Positions 20,276 through 29,213 of a stretch of DNA of 64,000 nt are shown here, piece by piece. Both the position numbers and the translations under genes were made by a program. The stretch is from an uncultured Bacilli bacterium (GTDB lineage: Bacteria; Bacillota_I; Bacilli_A; RF39; UBA660), in NCBI GenBank assembly GCA_934163035.1, contig CAKPJX010000002.1:13977-77976 (forward strand), read 5' to 3'. Position 1 is the first letter of the stretch; every line of letters starts with the position of its first letter. The notes beneath the pieces were generated by a model. It searched no databases, was not told the DNA's origin, and saw only the letters and a program-made list of their open reading frames with translations.

Positions 20276-20389
20276 TTAATAAGCAATTACGCCGCCTAAG
20301 ATAATAGCAAGTAAAATATATAAAATTATAATTATTACGTAGCCACTTCTTCTAGGAGTAGCAACTGGTTTATTTTCTGGACAAGACAT
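20276..20389 (-). CDS. tiny transmembrane protein, YjcZ-like (37 aa)
   Basis: MSCPENKPVATPRRSGYVIIIILYILLAIILGGVIAY, with a perfect AAGGAGG RBS 8 nt upstream of the ATG. Resembles the Bacillus tiny-TM sporulation protein family (consensus FALIVVLFILLIIVG). Below the ORF-track size cut-off. Confidence 0.55.
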   Translation of the reverse strand: MSCPENKPVATPRRSGYVIIIILYILLAIILGGVIAY

Positions 20390-20402
20390 TTAAAACACCT
20401 CC

Positions 20403-20483
20403 TTAAATATAAGCACCTAGAATTATAATTAAAAGAATAAATAGTACTAAAATGATAGCTGATGATGATACAGAATTACACAT
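20403..20483 (-). CDS. tiny transmembrane protein, YjcZ-like (26 aa), tandem paralog
   Basis: MCNSVSSSAIILVLFILLIIILGAYI, with an AAGGAGG RBS 7 nt upstream. Immediately upstream of the 37-aa paralog. Confidence 0.55.
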   Translation of the reverse strand: MCNSVSSSAIILVLFILLIIILGAYI

Positions 20484-20614
20484 AGTCTTTCCTCCTTTTT
20501 TTATGCTTTCATCTTATTTTATGGTAAAAGACAAATTTGGTGATTATATATGGCATATTTTATTGCACTAAAGTTAAATTTTTGTTATTATAATTAAGTA
20601 TACAAGGAGGAAAT

Positions 20615-21628
20615 ATGAAAAATAAAAAAATGTATGTAGTCATACTATTAGTAGTAGCTCTAACATTAACAGTAACTGGTTGTGGAAAGAAAGCTAAACT
20701 TAAAAATGCCGATGAAATAGCTGTAACTACAAAAAATGGTAATATAACAGCTGAGGGCTACTATAATGATATTAAAGAAAAAAATATCACAGAACTAATA
20801 GATATGATAGATCATAATATCTTGGATAAAAAGTATAAAAAGGATAAAGAAGAAAACGAAGCTGTTGAAAAGCAAATAAGTCAAATGAAAAGTAACTATG
20901 GTAATGATGAAGATAAATTCAAATCATTATTACAACAATACTTTGGTGTATCAACAGAAAAAGAACTTGAGGAAATGTTAAGACTAGAGTATAAAAGAAA
21001 TAAAGCTGTAAAAGAATATATTTCTAATCACTTAACAGATAAAGAAATTAAAAATTATTATGATGAAAATATTACAGGCGAAATAAAAGCTAGCCATATC
21101 TTAATAACTACAGATGTAAAAGATGATGCAACAGACGAAGAAAAAGAAAAAGCTGAAAACACTGCTAAAAAAACAGCCGAAAAAGTTATTAAAGAATTAG
21201 AAAAAGGCAAAAAGTTTGAAGATCTAGCAAAAAAATATTCAAAAGATACCGCAACAGCTGAAAATGGTGGTAATCTTGACTATTTTGATCCAAGTGATAT
21301 GGTTGAAGAATTTGCTAATGCTGTAAAAGAATTAAAAAATGGTGAATATACAAAAGAACCAGTCAAAACAAAATATGGTTATCATGTAATTCTAAGAGTA
21401 GATCAAAAAGATAAAAAAGCCTTAAAAGAAGTAAAAGATTCAATAAAAGAAAAATTAACTTCTCAAAAAATAAGTGAAGATAACAGTGCTTATTATGAAA
21501 GTTTAGTTAAATTTAGAGAAGAACAAAATGTAAAATTTAAAGATAGTACACTAAAAAAAGCATATAATGATTATATGAATAAACTAATAGAAAATGCTAA
21601 AAAGTCTACTACTACATCAAATAAATAA
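20615..21628 (+). CDS. prsA: foldase lipoprotein PrsA (parvulin-type peptidyl-prolyl isomerase)
   Basis: Lipobox LTVTGC, SurA-N-like region and a parvulin domain (ASHILITT ... ENGGNLDYF ... KYGYHVI). Confidence 0.8.
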   Translation: MKNKKMYVVILLVVALTLTVTGCGKKAKLKNADEIAVTTKNGNITAEGYYNDIKEKNITELIDMIDHNILDKKYKKDKEENEAVEKQISQMKSNYGNDEDKFKSLLQQYFGVSTEKELEEMLRLEYKRNKAVKEYISNHLTDKEIKNYYDENITGEIKASHILITTDVKDDATDEEKEKAENTAKKTAEKVIKELEKGKKFEDLAKKYSKDTATAENGGNLDYFDPSDMVEEFANAVKELKNGEYTKEPVKTKYGYHVILRVDQKDKKALKEVKDSIKEKLTSQKISEDNSAYYESLVKFREEQNVKFKDSTLKKAYNDYMNKLIENAKKSTTTSNK

Positions 21629-21640
21629 ATCTTAAAATTC

Positions 21641-21671
21641 AAAAAGTAAGTCTCATAACTTACTTTTTTTA
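21641..21671. terminator. intrinsic terminator between prsA (+) and the HIT pseudogene (-)
   Basis: AAGTAAG-loop-CTTACTT hairpin followed by T7. Confidence 0.5.
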
Positions 21672-21733
21672 TTTTTCTAAATTCAACCAAATAAAAAAGG
21701 CAAATATTATTGCCCATATATACATTACATAAA

Positions 21734-22107
21734 TTAGTAAATTTTCTTATTCGCAATAACTCCTCTAACACCACCTTGTGGATTTTCAACATCACCATTA
21801 TATCGAGGTATCAAATGCATATGCATATGCATCACACTTTGACCAGCATCTTTTCCACAGTTTGTACCTACATTATAACCGTTAGTAAAAACTCTTTATC
21901 TAAATATTTTCTACACTTATTCAATAAATCTACTATTGCAATTTGCTCTTTCATAGTAATATCAAAAAATGTAGCAGCATGCCTCTTAGTAATTATTAAC
22001 ATATGACCTTCACTAACCGGAAACTCATCAAAATAAGCAGCTGAAAGCTCATTTTCAAATAAAGCATCTTTCTTAGAAAGAAACTCATCACAAAAAGCAC
22101 AACCCAT
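21734..22107 (-). pseudogene. second HIT family gene disrupted by a frameshift in a T5 homopolymer
   Basis: The N-terminal 79-aa ORF (MGCAFCDEF ... KYLDKEF) continues in another frame as NGYNVGTNCGKDAGQSVMHMHMHLIPRY ... (HxHxHxx triad). The frame change occurs at GAGTTTTTACTAACGG around 21875-21890. Confidence 0.5.
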
Positions 22108-22161
22108 AAATTAATCATTCCTCACTTACAATAAAAGTTTTCACATAAATTTATTTATATA

Positions 22162-23592
22162 CTAATTTACATTCAAATCCTTATAAAGGATCACATCTTT
22201 TTTAGAAAAAATCTTTTCAAATCTCTTATCATGTTCTAAGTAATATGAAAGCCTAGTATCATTAGGAACTAAATAATAATCAAATTTATACTTATTAATT
22301 AACTTCACATAGTTACCATTTAAGTTACATATATCATAATAATCTCTTATATTATTTTTAGAATATAAATCAAATCTACCATCAACAAAAACATCAATAT
22401 CATTATAAATTAAATATCCACCATAATCATAATAATTATATAGTCTCTTAGGATTTTCTAATTTAATAGTATCAATTACCTTAGAAGTAACTATAGAGTC
22501 ACTATCTTTAGGAAGAATACCATTCTTAAAAGCTAAAATTACAAAAAGGAAAGATGCTATTAAAAAACAAAGAGATGTTCCTTTATCATATTTTCTACCT
22601 GAAATATAATAAAATACAAAATAGGAACAAATTATATAAGTATATGGCCAAAATCTAATACTCTTAAGTCCCAAATATGCTACAAAACAGAAAAGTATTA
22701 AATCAATAAATCTAATCTTCTTTTTACTAAAAATAAATATAAAAGCAATAAGTACCAAAAGACCTAAATACGGAAAATGAGAACCGTCAGAAAAATTAGT
22801 AGGATGCCACTCAGAAATAAAACTCATCATAAAACTATCAGCCATATTCATGTAAGGATACAAAATCATCTTAATACCATGAGGATTAATCATTAAACAT
22901 AACACATTTAAAACCAATACAACTAGATACTTACGAATCTGTTTTTTACTAAGTCTAATAGCCTCTATTTTAGAAAATTTAAATTTAAACATTCCACAAA
23001 ATAAGAATATCAAAATTAATATATATATTAAACTACTAGAACCTCCGTGAACATTAGCCCAAATAATAGAAATTAAAGGCAACAAATATATCTTTTTTGA
23101 ATTTTCATTATAAAAAAGATCAAGTAATATATAAATTGTAAGACATAAAAGTACATTACTAAAAATATGTGGTCTAGCTGATAAAAACCCTAAAAATATT
23201 AAAGATAATACTATCCAAAATAAACTAAAAGGTATATTTTTTAAATAATCTTTTTTATTAGTAATAAAAATTATTAATTGTAATAAAGCTATAAATACAA
23301 AAACATATACAAAAACATGACTCCCAGGAAAAACAGTTGAAAGCAAATATAATAATATTTCAAACAACCATTCATGTGAAAACCAATATGTACCACGTAA
23401 ATACCATGAAAATCTATCACTTAATAATATAGTTTTATTATTAAACATATATTTTCCAGCTTTAATATGCCAATAATAGTCTGACTCAAAAAAACAAAAT
23501 GAAGCCATAAGTAGACTAAAAGTTAAAATAAAAAGTAAAAATAACAATACCCATTTATTCTTTTTAACAAACTGCTTAATCTTCATACACAA
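22162..23592 (-). CDS. large polytopic membrane protein, possibly a polysaccharide polymerase or glycosyltransferase type
   Basis: 476 aa, at least 10 transmembrane helices, C-terminal extracytoplasmic domain. No diagnostic motif seen. Confidence 0.35.
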   Translation of the reverse strand: MCMKIKQFVKKNKWVLLFLLFILTFSLLMASFCFFESDYYWHIKAGKYMFNNKTILLSDRFSWYLRGTYWFSHEWLFEILLYLLSTVFPGSHVFVYVFVFIALLQLIIFITNKKDYLKNIPFSLFWIVLSLIFLGFLSARPHIFSNVLLCLTIYILLDLFYNENSKKIYLLPLISIIWANVHGGSSSLIYILILIFLFCGMFKFKFSKIEAIRLSKKQIRKYLVVLVLNVLCLMINPHGIKMILYPYMNMADSFMMSFISEWHPTNFSDGSHFPYLGLLVLIAFIFIFSKKKIRFIDLILFCFVAYLGLKSIRFWPYTYIICSYFVFYYISGRKYDKGTSLCFLIASFLFVILAFKNGILPKDSDSIVTSKVIDTIKLENPKRLYNYYDYGGYLIYNDIDVFVDGRFDLYSKNNIRDYYDICNLNGNYVKLINKYKFDYYLVPNDTRLSYYLEHDKRFEKIFSKKDVILYKDLNVN

Positions 23593-24331
23593 GCCCCTTC
23601 TGATATAATTTTTGCTTAATTTTATATTCTAATTCACTACCAGAATATTTCTTACTATATTTTCTATATAATTTATCATACTCTTTCTTTATCAAATCTT
23701 TAGAAACGCTAAATTCTCTTTTATCAACAATTTCCACAATAATATCTCTACTATATCCAAGTTTAAGTAAATCATTTATAATCTTCATTTTTAATACTTT
23801 TCCACTTTTATTTCTATTTGATTTAATAAGCTTATCTACTTGTTTACTTATTTTGTTACTCTCCAAATCACAGTCAAATTCAATTATTGTTTTATCTATA
23901 ATATCCTGAGAAACACCTTTTCCTAACAAATCGTTAATAATTCTTCTTGGTCCCCTATTAGTAGTTAATATTTGATTATTTATATAACTCTTACTAAAAG
24001 TTAAATCATTTACATATCCTTGTTTTTCCAACTTATCTAAAGCATCACATATATCATCATTAGAATACTCTTTCTTTACTAATAAATCAAACAGCTCCTC
24101 TCTACTTCTAAATCTAGATTTCAAAAGTTTCAAACCAACATAATAAACTTCCCATTTTTTATTTAAAGAATTAATTTCTAAAAGCATCTCATCACTAACA
24201 TTTTTCTTTAACAATAATTCATATTCCAAAATGACTTCTTGATACAAAGATATTTCACTATTATCATTAAGTCTAACTTTATACATACCATTCTTAAGAC
24301 GTTTAAAATTAACTATATTCACGTATATCAC
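23576..24331 (-). CDS. recX: recombination regulator RecX
   Basis: Repeated three-helix modules (LLKSRFRSREELFDLL ... RGPRRIINDLLGKGVSQDII ... LKLGYSRDII) typical of Firmicutes RecX. Confidence 0.7.
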   Translation of the reverse strand: MIYVNIVNFKRLKNGMYKVRLNDNSEISLYQEVILEYELLLKKNVSDEMLLEINSLNKKWEVYYVGLKLLKSRFRSREELFDLLVKKEYSNDDICDALDKLEKQGYVNDLTFSKSYINNQILTTNRGPRRIINDLLGKGVSQDIIDKTIIEFDCDLESNKISKQVDKLIKSNRNKSGKVLKMKIINDLLKLGYSRDIIVEIVDKREFSVSKDLIKKEYDKLYRKYSKKYSGSELEYKIKQKLYQKGLVYED

Positions 24332-24378
24332 CTAAGAAAATTATATCAAAAAAAAAAGAAAGAAACCATCCATAAATA

Positions 24379-24597
24379 CTATAGATTTTCTTTCTTTTTT
24401 ACTTCAATTAGACCTGCTGATAATTCTTCAAGCGCTCTACCTATATTCTTAGCACTCTTATATTCGCAACTAGGCATTTGCAAATACCCATCCCTAGATA
24501 TTTGTTTACTTCTTCTGGCAACTATATGAACTAATTCATACTTAGAACCAACCAAGTTAAGTAGTTTGTCAATAGATGGATAAATCATTAATATCAC
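24379..24597 (-). CDS. rpoZ: DNA-directed RNA polymerase subunit omega
   Basis: 72 aa. IYPSIDKLLNLVGSKYELVHIVARRSKQI ... IGRALEELSAGLIEV closely matches the Bacillus RpoZ/YloH consensus. Confidence 0.8.
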   Translation of the reverse strand: MILMIYPSIDKLLNLVGSKYELVHIVARRSKQISRDGYLQMPSCEYKSAKNIGRALEELSAGLIEVKKKENL

Positions 24598-24671
24598 ACT
24601 CCCTACTATTAGGATAAACTAGCCAGATAAATTAATCAAGGAATGTGATAAAATTAGACATAATTTTTACA

Positions 24672-24851
24672 TTATCTAAATTGACAGCAAGAGCCACATT
24701 GAACATTACTTACAGTATTTTCTTCACTGCAAGAATATTGTGGTCTATAAGTATGTTTATAAACATGATGATTTATTATTCTGGTATGTATTGGACATAC
24801 ATGCCCTTGCCCTTTCTTGATAGATATTTCATCTTTTTTAATTATTTTCTT
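24672..24851 (-). other. start-less coding segment: putative 3' segment of a split CotD-like His/Cys-rich spore coat gene
   Basis: Open frame after a TAG, with no ATG/GTG/TTG start or RBS. Encodes KKIIKKDEISIKKGQGHVCPIHTRIINHHVYKHTYRPQYSCSEENTVSNVQCGSCCQFR. GC content is locally elevated. The N/H/H-x-x-H-x-Y-x-P and terminal CC motifs recall the inner coat protein CotD (memory-based). Confidence 0.3.
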
Positions 24852-25288
24852 CTATTTCTTTTTCTACATCCTCTGGCGCAGTAGTATTAATAACATTAAC
24901 TACACCTATTATATTAGGAACAACTTTAAATCCACCAACATTATATCTAGGATTTTCTTCATCACTAGTATTTCTTTTTAATATCTTATTCATTTCAATT
25001 ATCATATCTTTAGTTAATAAATTATCAATATTATCTAACATATAGTCAAATAACTTAAAATGATTTTTAGATTCAATTAAATCATCTAACTTTATTAAAA
25101 CATCACTTTCAGGAATAAAAGAAGATGTATCAAATATTGCTTCAGTTTGTTCATTAGTTAATCTACTACCTTCTATCTTATTTGAATTATAAGCAAAATT
25201 AACTTGCGAATAATGATATATATTACCTTTAAATTTAGATCCCTTTTGTTTAATTAATTCATTTTTAATTTTATTTATATCAATAAAT
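24838..25288 (-). pseudogene. Fic/Doc family gene, N-terminal part only (truncated before the HPFx[DE]GNGR motif)
   Basis: Fic_N-like NSNKIEGSRLTNEQTEAIFD, then FKLFDYMLDN ... NKILKRNT ... NVGGFKVVPNIIG. The frame lacks an ATG start (strong GAAAGGAG RBS, then ATT) and ends before the Fic catalytic motif. Confidence 0.5.
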
Positions 25289-25319
25289 TAATCTCCTTTC
25301 AAATTATAATACATATTTG

Positions 25320-26030
25320 ACTTAATGGACATTCTTCACAATTCTTTTTATTACAAAAGGAATTAACTAATTGCCATAAATATTTATCTATACCACTTGG
25401 ATTGATATTCAACTCTCTCCAACATTAACATAAGTATCAGACAATTTTACAATATCATTATTTGAAAGATTAGTTGTATCAATTATATTTGTTAAATAAC
25501 TAATTTCAATATCATGTCTATCTATTGGGATAGAATTTACATTCTCCTTAAAATTACAGATATTAGAGCCACATTATTAATAAACCACCCGTTTTTTTGT
25601 CCATAACCTTTAATTACTTTTATAAACTGATTTAATTCATTAATATCTTTCATTGTTTTTAAATAACTTAAAATATTATCATATTTAAGTAATTCATTAG
25701 ATATATTAATCCATTTTTTAGTCGCAACATTAGGATATCTTGGATGAATATTTTTCACAATAATACTATGTAATTCCGCCTCTTTCATTTGACTAACATA
25801 TTTAGGACAAAATATACTAGGATATTTTTCATAGGTATTAATTAAATTATTGTGATAAATTTTAGAACGCATTCCATAATCTAGTAGACAAGAATAAAAC
25901 ATGTATAAACAATATTCATTAGTACCATAAGGTATACTTCTTGGAAAATTAACACTTGCTAATTCTCGTTCATTAACAAAATGCCTTTAGTTTGTATCTA
26001 TTTTTCTTAAAGTTTTTAGCCCACCATAAA
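25320..26030 (-). pseudogene. decayed gene remnants spread over three frames, including the 121-aa ORF at 25537-25902
   Basis: Consecutive open segments in different frames (... NEYCLYMFYSCLLDYG ... KGYGQKNGWFINN / SIPIDRHDIEISYLTN ... / IDKYLWQLVNSFCNKKNCEECPLSQIC). None has a proper start and stops occur in all frames upstream. Origin unknown. Confidence 0.35.
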
Positions 26031-26137
26031 TGTCTCCCTATTTTTGATAGAATAAGATTTAAAAATTGATTTATCTTCCAACTTTCTTATTTATTAAAAA
26101 AGAACGTTCTAATAATATATAACATTACATCATTATT

Positions 26138-27697
26138 TTAATTAACTATATCAAAATTAACTATAACATTTATAGACTTATCATCAAATATTTCAATCCT
26201 ATCAATTAAACAAACTATTAACTCTCTACTAAAATCTCTCATAAATAAAAAATCATTAACATATTTTATCATTATTTTGTCCCTAAATTTATCATTATAA
26301 ATAATATTATTTAGTTCATTATATTTTCTTTTTATAGTATCAAGTTCACCTTCTAATCTTATTTTTATTCTTTCATATTGTTCCAAAGTAATTTTTTTAT
26401 TTAATTTATCTAAATAAACAGTATCTAGATTATCATTAATTTGCTCTATCCTAGTATTAATCAACTCTAATTCTCTTTTACCATTATTTTGATTACTTTT
26501 ATTCAAATTATTTAAAACAGTACTCCTAATTTTATCTCTATCAATATATTTAATAAATCTATCAACTAAAGAACTAATAATTACTTTTTCCATTTCATCA
26601 TAATTATTCGAATGAGTTGTACATAATTTTTGCCTCATATAAGTCCTATAATAATTACAAATAGTATAACACCTATTATCCGTCTTTCTTCTAGAAGTTA
26701 TTGAAATTTTATGACCACAATCACCACAATACAAAAGTCCATCCAATAAATGGTTTTCTTTTTTCTCACTTCTTCCTACATTTTTAGGTATCCTTTTTTG
26801 CACCTCATAAAATATTTCTTTATCAATAATAGCTTCATGAGTATTTTCTACAATTATATAATCTTTAGGATTATTTCTAACAACTTTTTTAACTTTATAA
26901 TTTATTTTACTTCTTCTATTCTGCACCATATCTCCAATATACATCCTGTTAGTTAATATATCTCTTACTGTTTTAGAATGCCACAGTCCATATTTTAAGT
27001 TATAATTACTTTTCCATTCAAAACTATAATATTGTGCTGGTGTTTTTATGCCTTCATTAGTTAACTTTTTTGCTATTTTGAAAAATGACAATCCATCTAA
27101 ACACATATCATAGATTGTTTTAACAATTATGGCTTGTTCTTCATTAATAACTAAGTGATTTTTATCATTAGTATCCTGGTCATACCCAAATGGAGTTCTA
27201 CCTCCCACCCATTTACCTTCTTTTTGCTTTGCTTTCAAACTAGCTCTTATCTTTTTAGAAATATCCTTTGCATACATATCATTCATTATTGCTTTAAATG
27301 GCGCTATGTCATTATTTGAATTATCTAAGAATGTATCAATATTATCAGTCACCGCAATATACCTAACATTATGTTTAGGAAAATATTTTTCAATTAAACT
27401 ACCAGTGCCAATATAATCCCTACCTAATCTTGACATATCTTTAGTAATAACCATATTAACTCTTCCTAATTCTATATCACCTAGTAATCTATTAAAAGCT
27501 GGTCTATCAAAACTAGTACCAGAATATCCGTCATCAATATAAATATCATATATATCTAAATTATTTTCATCTACATACTGAAGTAATAAACTCTTTTGGT
27601 TAGTAATACTCTCACTTTCATAAACTTTATCATCATCCTCACGAGATAATCTTATATAAAGACCAACACTATATTTTTCCAAGAGACTTATCACCAT
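26138..27697 (-). CDS. large serine recombinase (SpoIVCA/phage serine-integrase type)
   Basis: N-terminal resolvase catalytic domain (VGLYIRLSREDDDK ... SITNQKSLL ... YIDDGYSGTSFDRPAFNRLL ... SRLGRD), recombinase domain, Cys-rich zinc-ribbon (CGDCGHK ... C ... C) and a C-terminal coiled coil; 519 aa. Confidence 0.9.
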   Translation of the reverse strand: MVISLLEKYSVGLYIRLSREDDDKVYESESITNQKSLLLQYVDENNLDIYDIYIDDGYSGTSFDRPAFNRLLGDIELGRVNMVITKDMSRLGRDYIGTGSLIEKYFPKHNVRYIAVTDNIDTFLDNSNNDIAPFKAIMNDMYAKDISKKIRASLKAKQKEGKWVGGRTPFGYDQDTNDKNHLVINEEQAIIVKTIYDMCLDGLSFFKIAKKLTNEGIKTPAQYYSFEWKSNYNLKYGLWHSKTVRDILTNRMYIGDMVQNRRSKINYKVKKVVRNNPKDYIIVENTHEAIIDKEIFYEVQKRIPKNVGRSEKKENHLLDGLLYCGDCGHKISITSRRKTDNRCYTICNYYRTYMRQKLCTTHSNNYDEMEKVIISSLVDRFIKYIDRDKIRSTVLNNLNKSNQNNGKRELELINTRIEQINDNLDTVYLDKLNKKITLEQYERIKIRLEGELDTIKRKYNELNNIIYNDKFRDKIMIKYVNDFLFMRDFSRELIVCLIDRIEIFDDKSINVIVNFDIVN

Positions 27698-27902
27698 CTG
27701 AAAATAAAGAAGAAGTGATTCTAAAATTTCTTTTTAATTTTCTACTCAAAAAATCAATCAATATATCATTGATATCTTTTTTTTGATTAGAAATATAATT
27801 AATTTTATATTTATCCATAATAAGCACCTCACTTAAATGTATGGATAAAAAAACAAATTTAGTAACAAATAATAAAAACACTCTAAAAAATAGAATGTTC
27901 AT
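27669..27902 (-). CDS. small ORF between the methyltransferase and the recombinase (possible accessory or regulatory protein)
   Basis: 77 aa, co-oriented, overlaps the recombinase start by 29 nt. No homology recognisable. Confidence 0.25.
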   Translation of the reverse strand: MNILFFRVFLLFVTKFVFLSIHLSEVLIMDKYKINYISNQKKDINDILIDFLSRKLKRNFRITSSLFSDGDKSLGKI

Positions 27903-27919
27903 AAATAAAAAGTCAATAT

Positions 27920-28768
27920 CTAAAATGTATCTTTATTTTTAAAATTAGTAATTATTACTTCTTCTACATTACCTCTTTTACTGCCATTAGCATTTATATT
28001 TCTTTTTGCCTCTATTAAATGAATATTATACCCTTTATACAATTCATTAATAAGTATAGTATTATGATTTGAAAGCATTACATAAACACCTCTAGCATCC
28101 AATTCTTTAAATACTTTAGCTAGTCTTCTTTGTTCATCTTTATTAAATCCCTCTTCAGTATAACTATTAAATGTATTAGTATCAGAATCATATGGAGGAT
28201 CAAAATAAACAAAGTCTCCCTTTTTAGCAGTACTAACAGCTTCTTCAAAATCAACACTTAAAATCTTAATATCATTCATAGTTAAATAATTACTAACTGT
28301 TATTAAATTACTACCTTCATAAGTATTAATTTTAAGTTTCTTCCCAAAAGGTACATTAAATTCATTCTTACTATTAACTCTATAAAGTCCATTAAAACAT
28401 GCCTTATTTAAATAAATAGTACGAGCCGCTCTAGTATAATCAGATAATCTATTATAAGAAGCCTTATTTCTATCCTTATTTCTAATCTCATAGTAAAATT
28501 CTTCTGAGTGTTGAGTCTCATAATGATTTAAAACACTACACATCTTTTTAAATTTATTCAAATCACATAAGCATCTATATACATTCATAAGCTCCATATT
28601 GGAATCATTAATAACAGCTTTCTTAGGAGATAATTCAAATAATAATGCTCCTCCACCAACAAAAGGTTCATAATATGTATCAAATTCATCCGGAACATAT
28701 TTTTTTAATTTATCTATAATTTGTCTTTTTCCACCAGCCCATTTAACAAATGGTTTTCCTTTAAACAT
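27920..28768 (-). CDS. DNA adenine methyltransferase, Dam family (alpha-class N6-adenine methyltransferase)
   Basis: N-terminal KWAGGKRQ ... YYEPFVGGGALLF (motif X/I) and C-terminal YFDPPYDSD (DPPY motif IV). Order and length (282 aa) are typical of GATC-type Dam enzymes. No adjacent intact restriction enzyme. Confidence 0.9.
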   Translation of the reverse strand: MFKGKPFVKWAGGKRQIIDKLKKYVPDEFDTYYEPFVGGGALLFELSPKKAVINDSNMELMNVYRCLCDLNKFKKMCSVLNHYETQHSEEFYYEIRNKDRNKASYNRLSDYTRAARTIYLNKACFNGLYRVNSKNEFNVPFGKKLKINTYEGSNLITVSNYLTMNDIKILSVDFEEAVSTAKKGDFVYFDPPYDSDTNTFNSYTEEGFNKDEQRRLAKVFKELDARGVYVMLSNHNTILINELYKGYNIHLIEAKRNINANGSKRGNVEEVIITNFKNKDTF

Positions 28769-28889
28769 TCAACTACCTCCATCATAAGTACTTAGTACTA
28801 AAAATCATATATATAGTATATCATATAAAAAACATAAAGAACTAACTAAATTAATCACAATAAAGACATAATAGATCTATCATAAATTA

Positions 28890-29111
28890 TCATACTTGTG
28901 GTACTTCATGAACGATAGTTCTATGAACGCATTTTTCTTGCACTGCCTCACTTATAGGTGAAGAGTATCCAGCATTTTGAACAGACTGATTTTCAGCATA
29001 GTTCATCATATTAATATCAACATCCATATTATTATCAACAACATTATTGTTACCAACAACAGAAGAATCAAAATCGAAATTTGGCATATTAGTCATACCT
29101 TGATCAAACAT
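28890..29111 (-). CDS. small protein, putative 5' segment of the split CotD-like gene (73 aa from the ATG at 29109-29111)
   Basis: GGAGG RBS 11 nt upstream of ATG MFDQGMTNMPNF ... The N/D/S-rich region ends ... EKCVHRTIVHEVPQV, directly followed by TGA TAA at the edge of the recombinase block. The ORF-track start at 29189 is probably over-extended. Confidence 0.4.
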   Translation of the reverse strand: MFDQGMTNMPNFDFDSSVVGNNNVVDNNMDVDINMMNYAENQSVQNAGYSSPISEAVQEKCVHRTIVHEVPQV

Positions 29112-29213
29112 ATTATAAATACCTCCTCTATTGTATAGTATGTCAGAAGAATTTATTAGCCACGATAAAAACCCAAAAAAATACAACAATCATAAAGACA
29201 GTTGTATCTGTAA

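Larger units (their letters stand above)
24852..28889. mobile_element. about 4 kb integrated element remnant, candidate sporulation-type intervening element; boundaries approximate
   Basis: A block of recombinase, methyltransferase, a small ORF and pseudogenes. It is flanked by complementary start-less and stop-less fragments of one small gene. It interrupts an otherwise conserved rpoZ ... ffh neighbourhood. Confidence 0.45.

Noticed and set aside
21571-22006. ORFs 21571-21798 (-) and 21710-22006 (+)
   Set aside because: They overlap the prsA terminator and the frameshifted HIT pseudogene, whose real coding frames are different.
24239-24884. ORFs 24239-24529 (+) and 24645-24884 (+)
   Set aside because: Antisense to recX/rpoZ and to the start-less CotD-like fragment. 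Hydrophobic nonsense translations.
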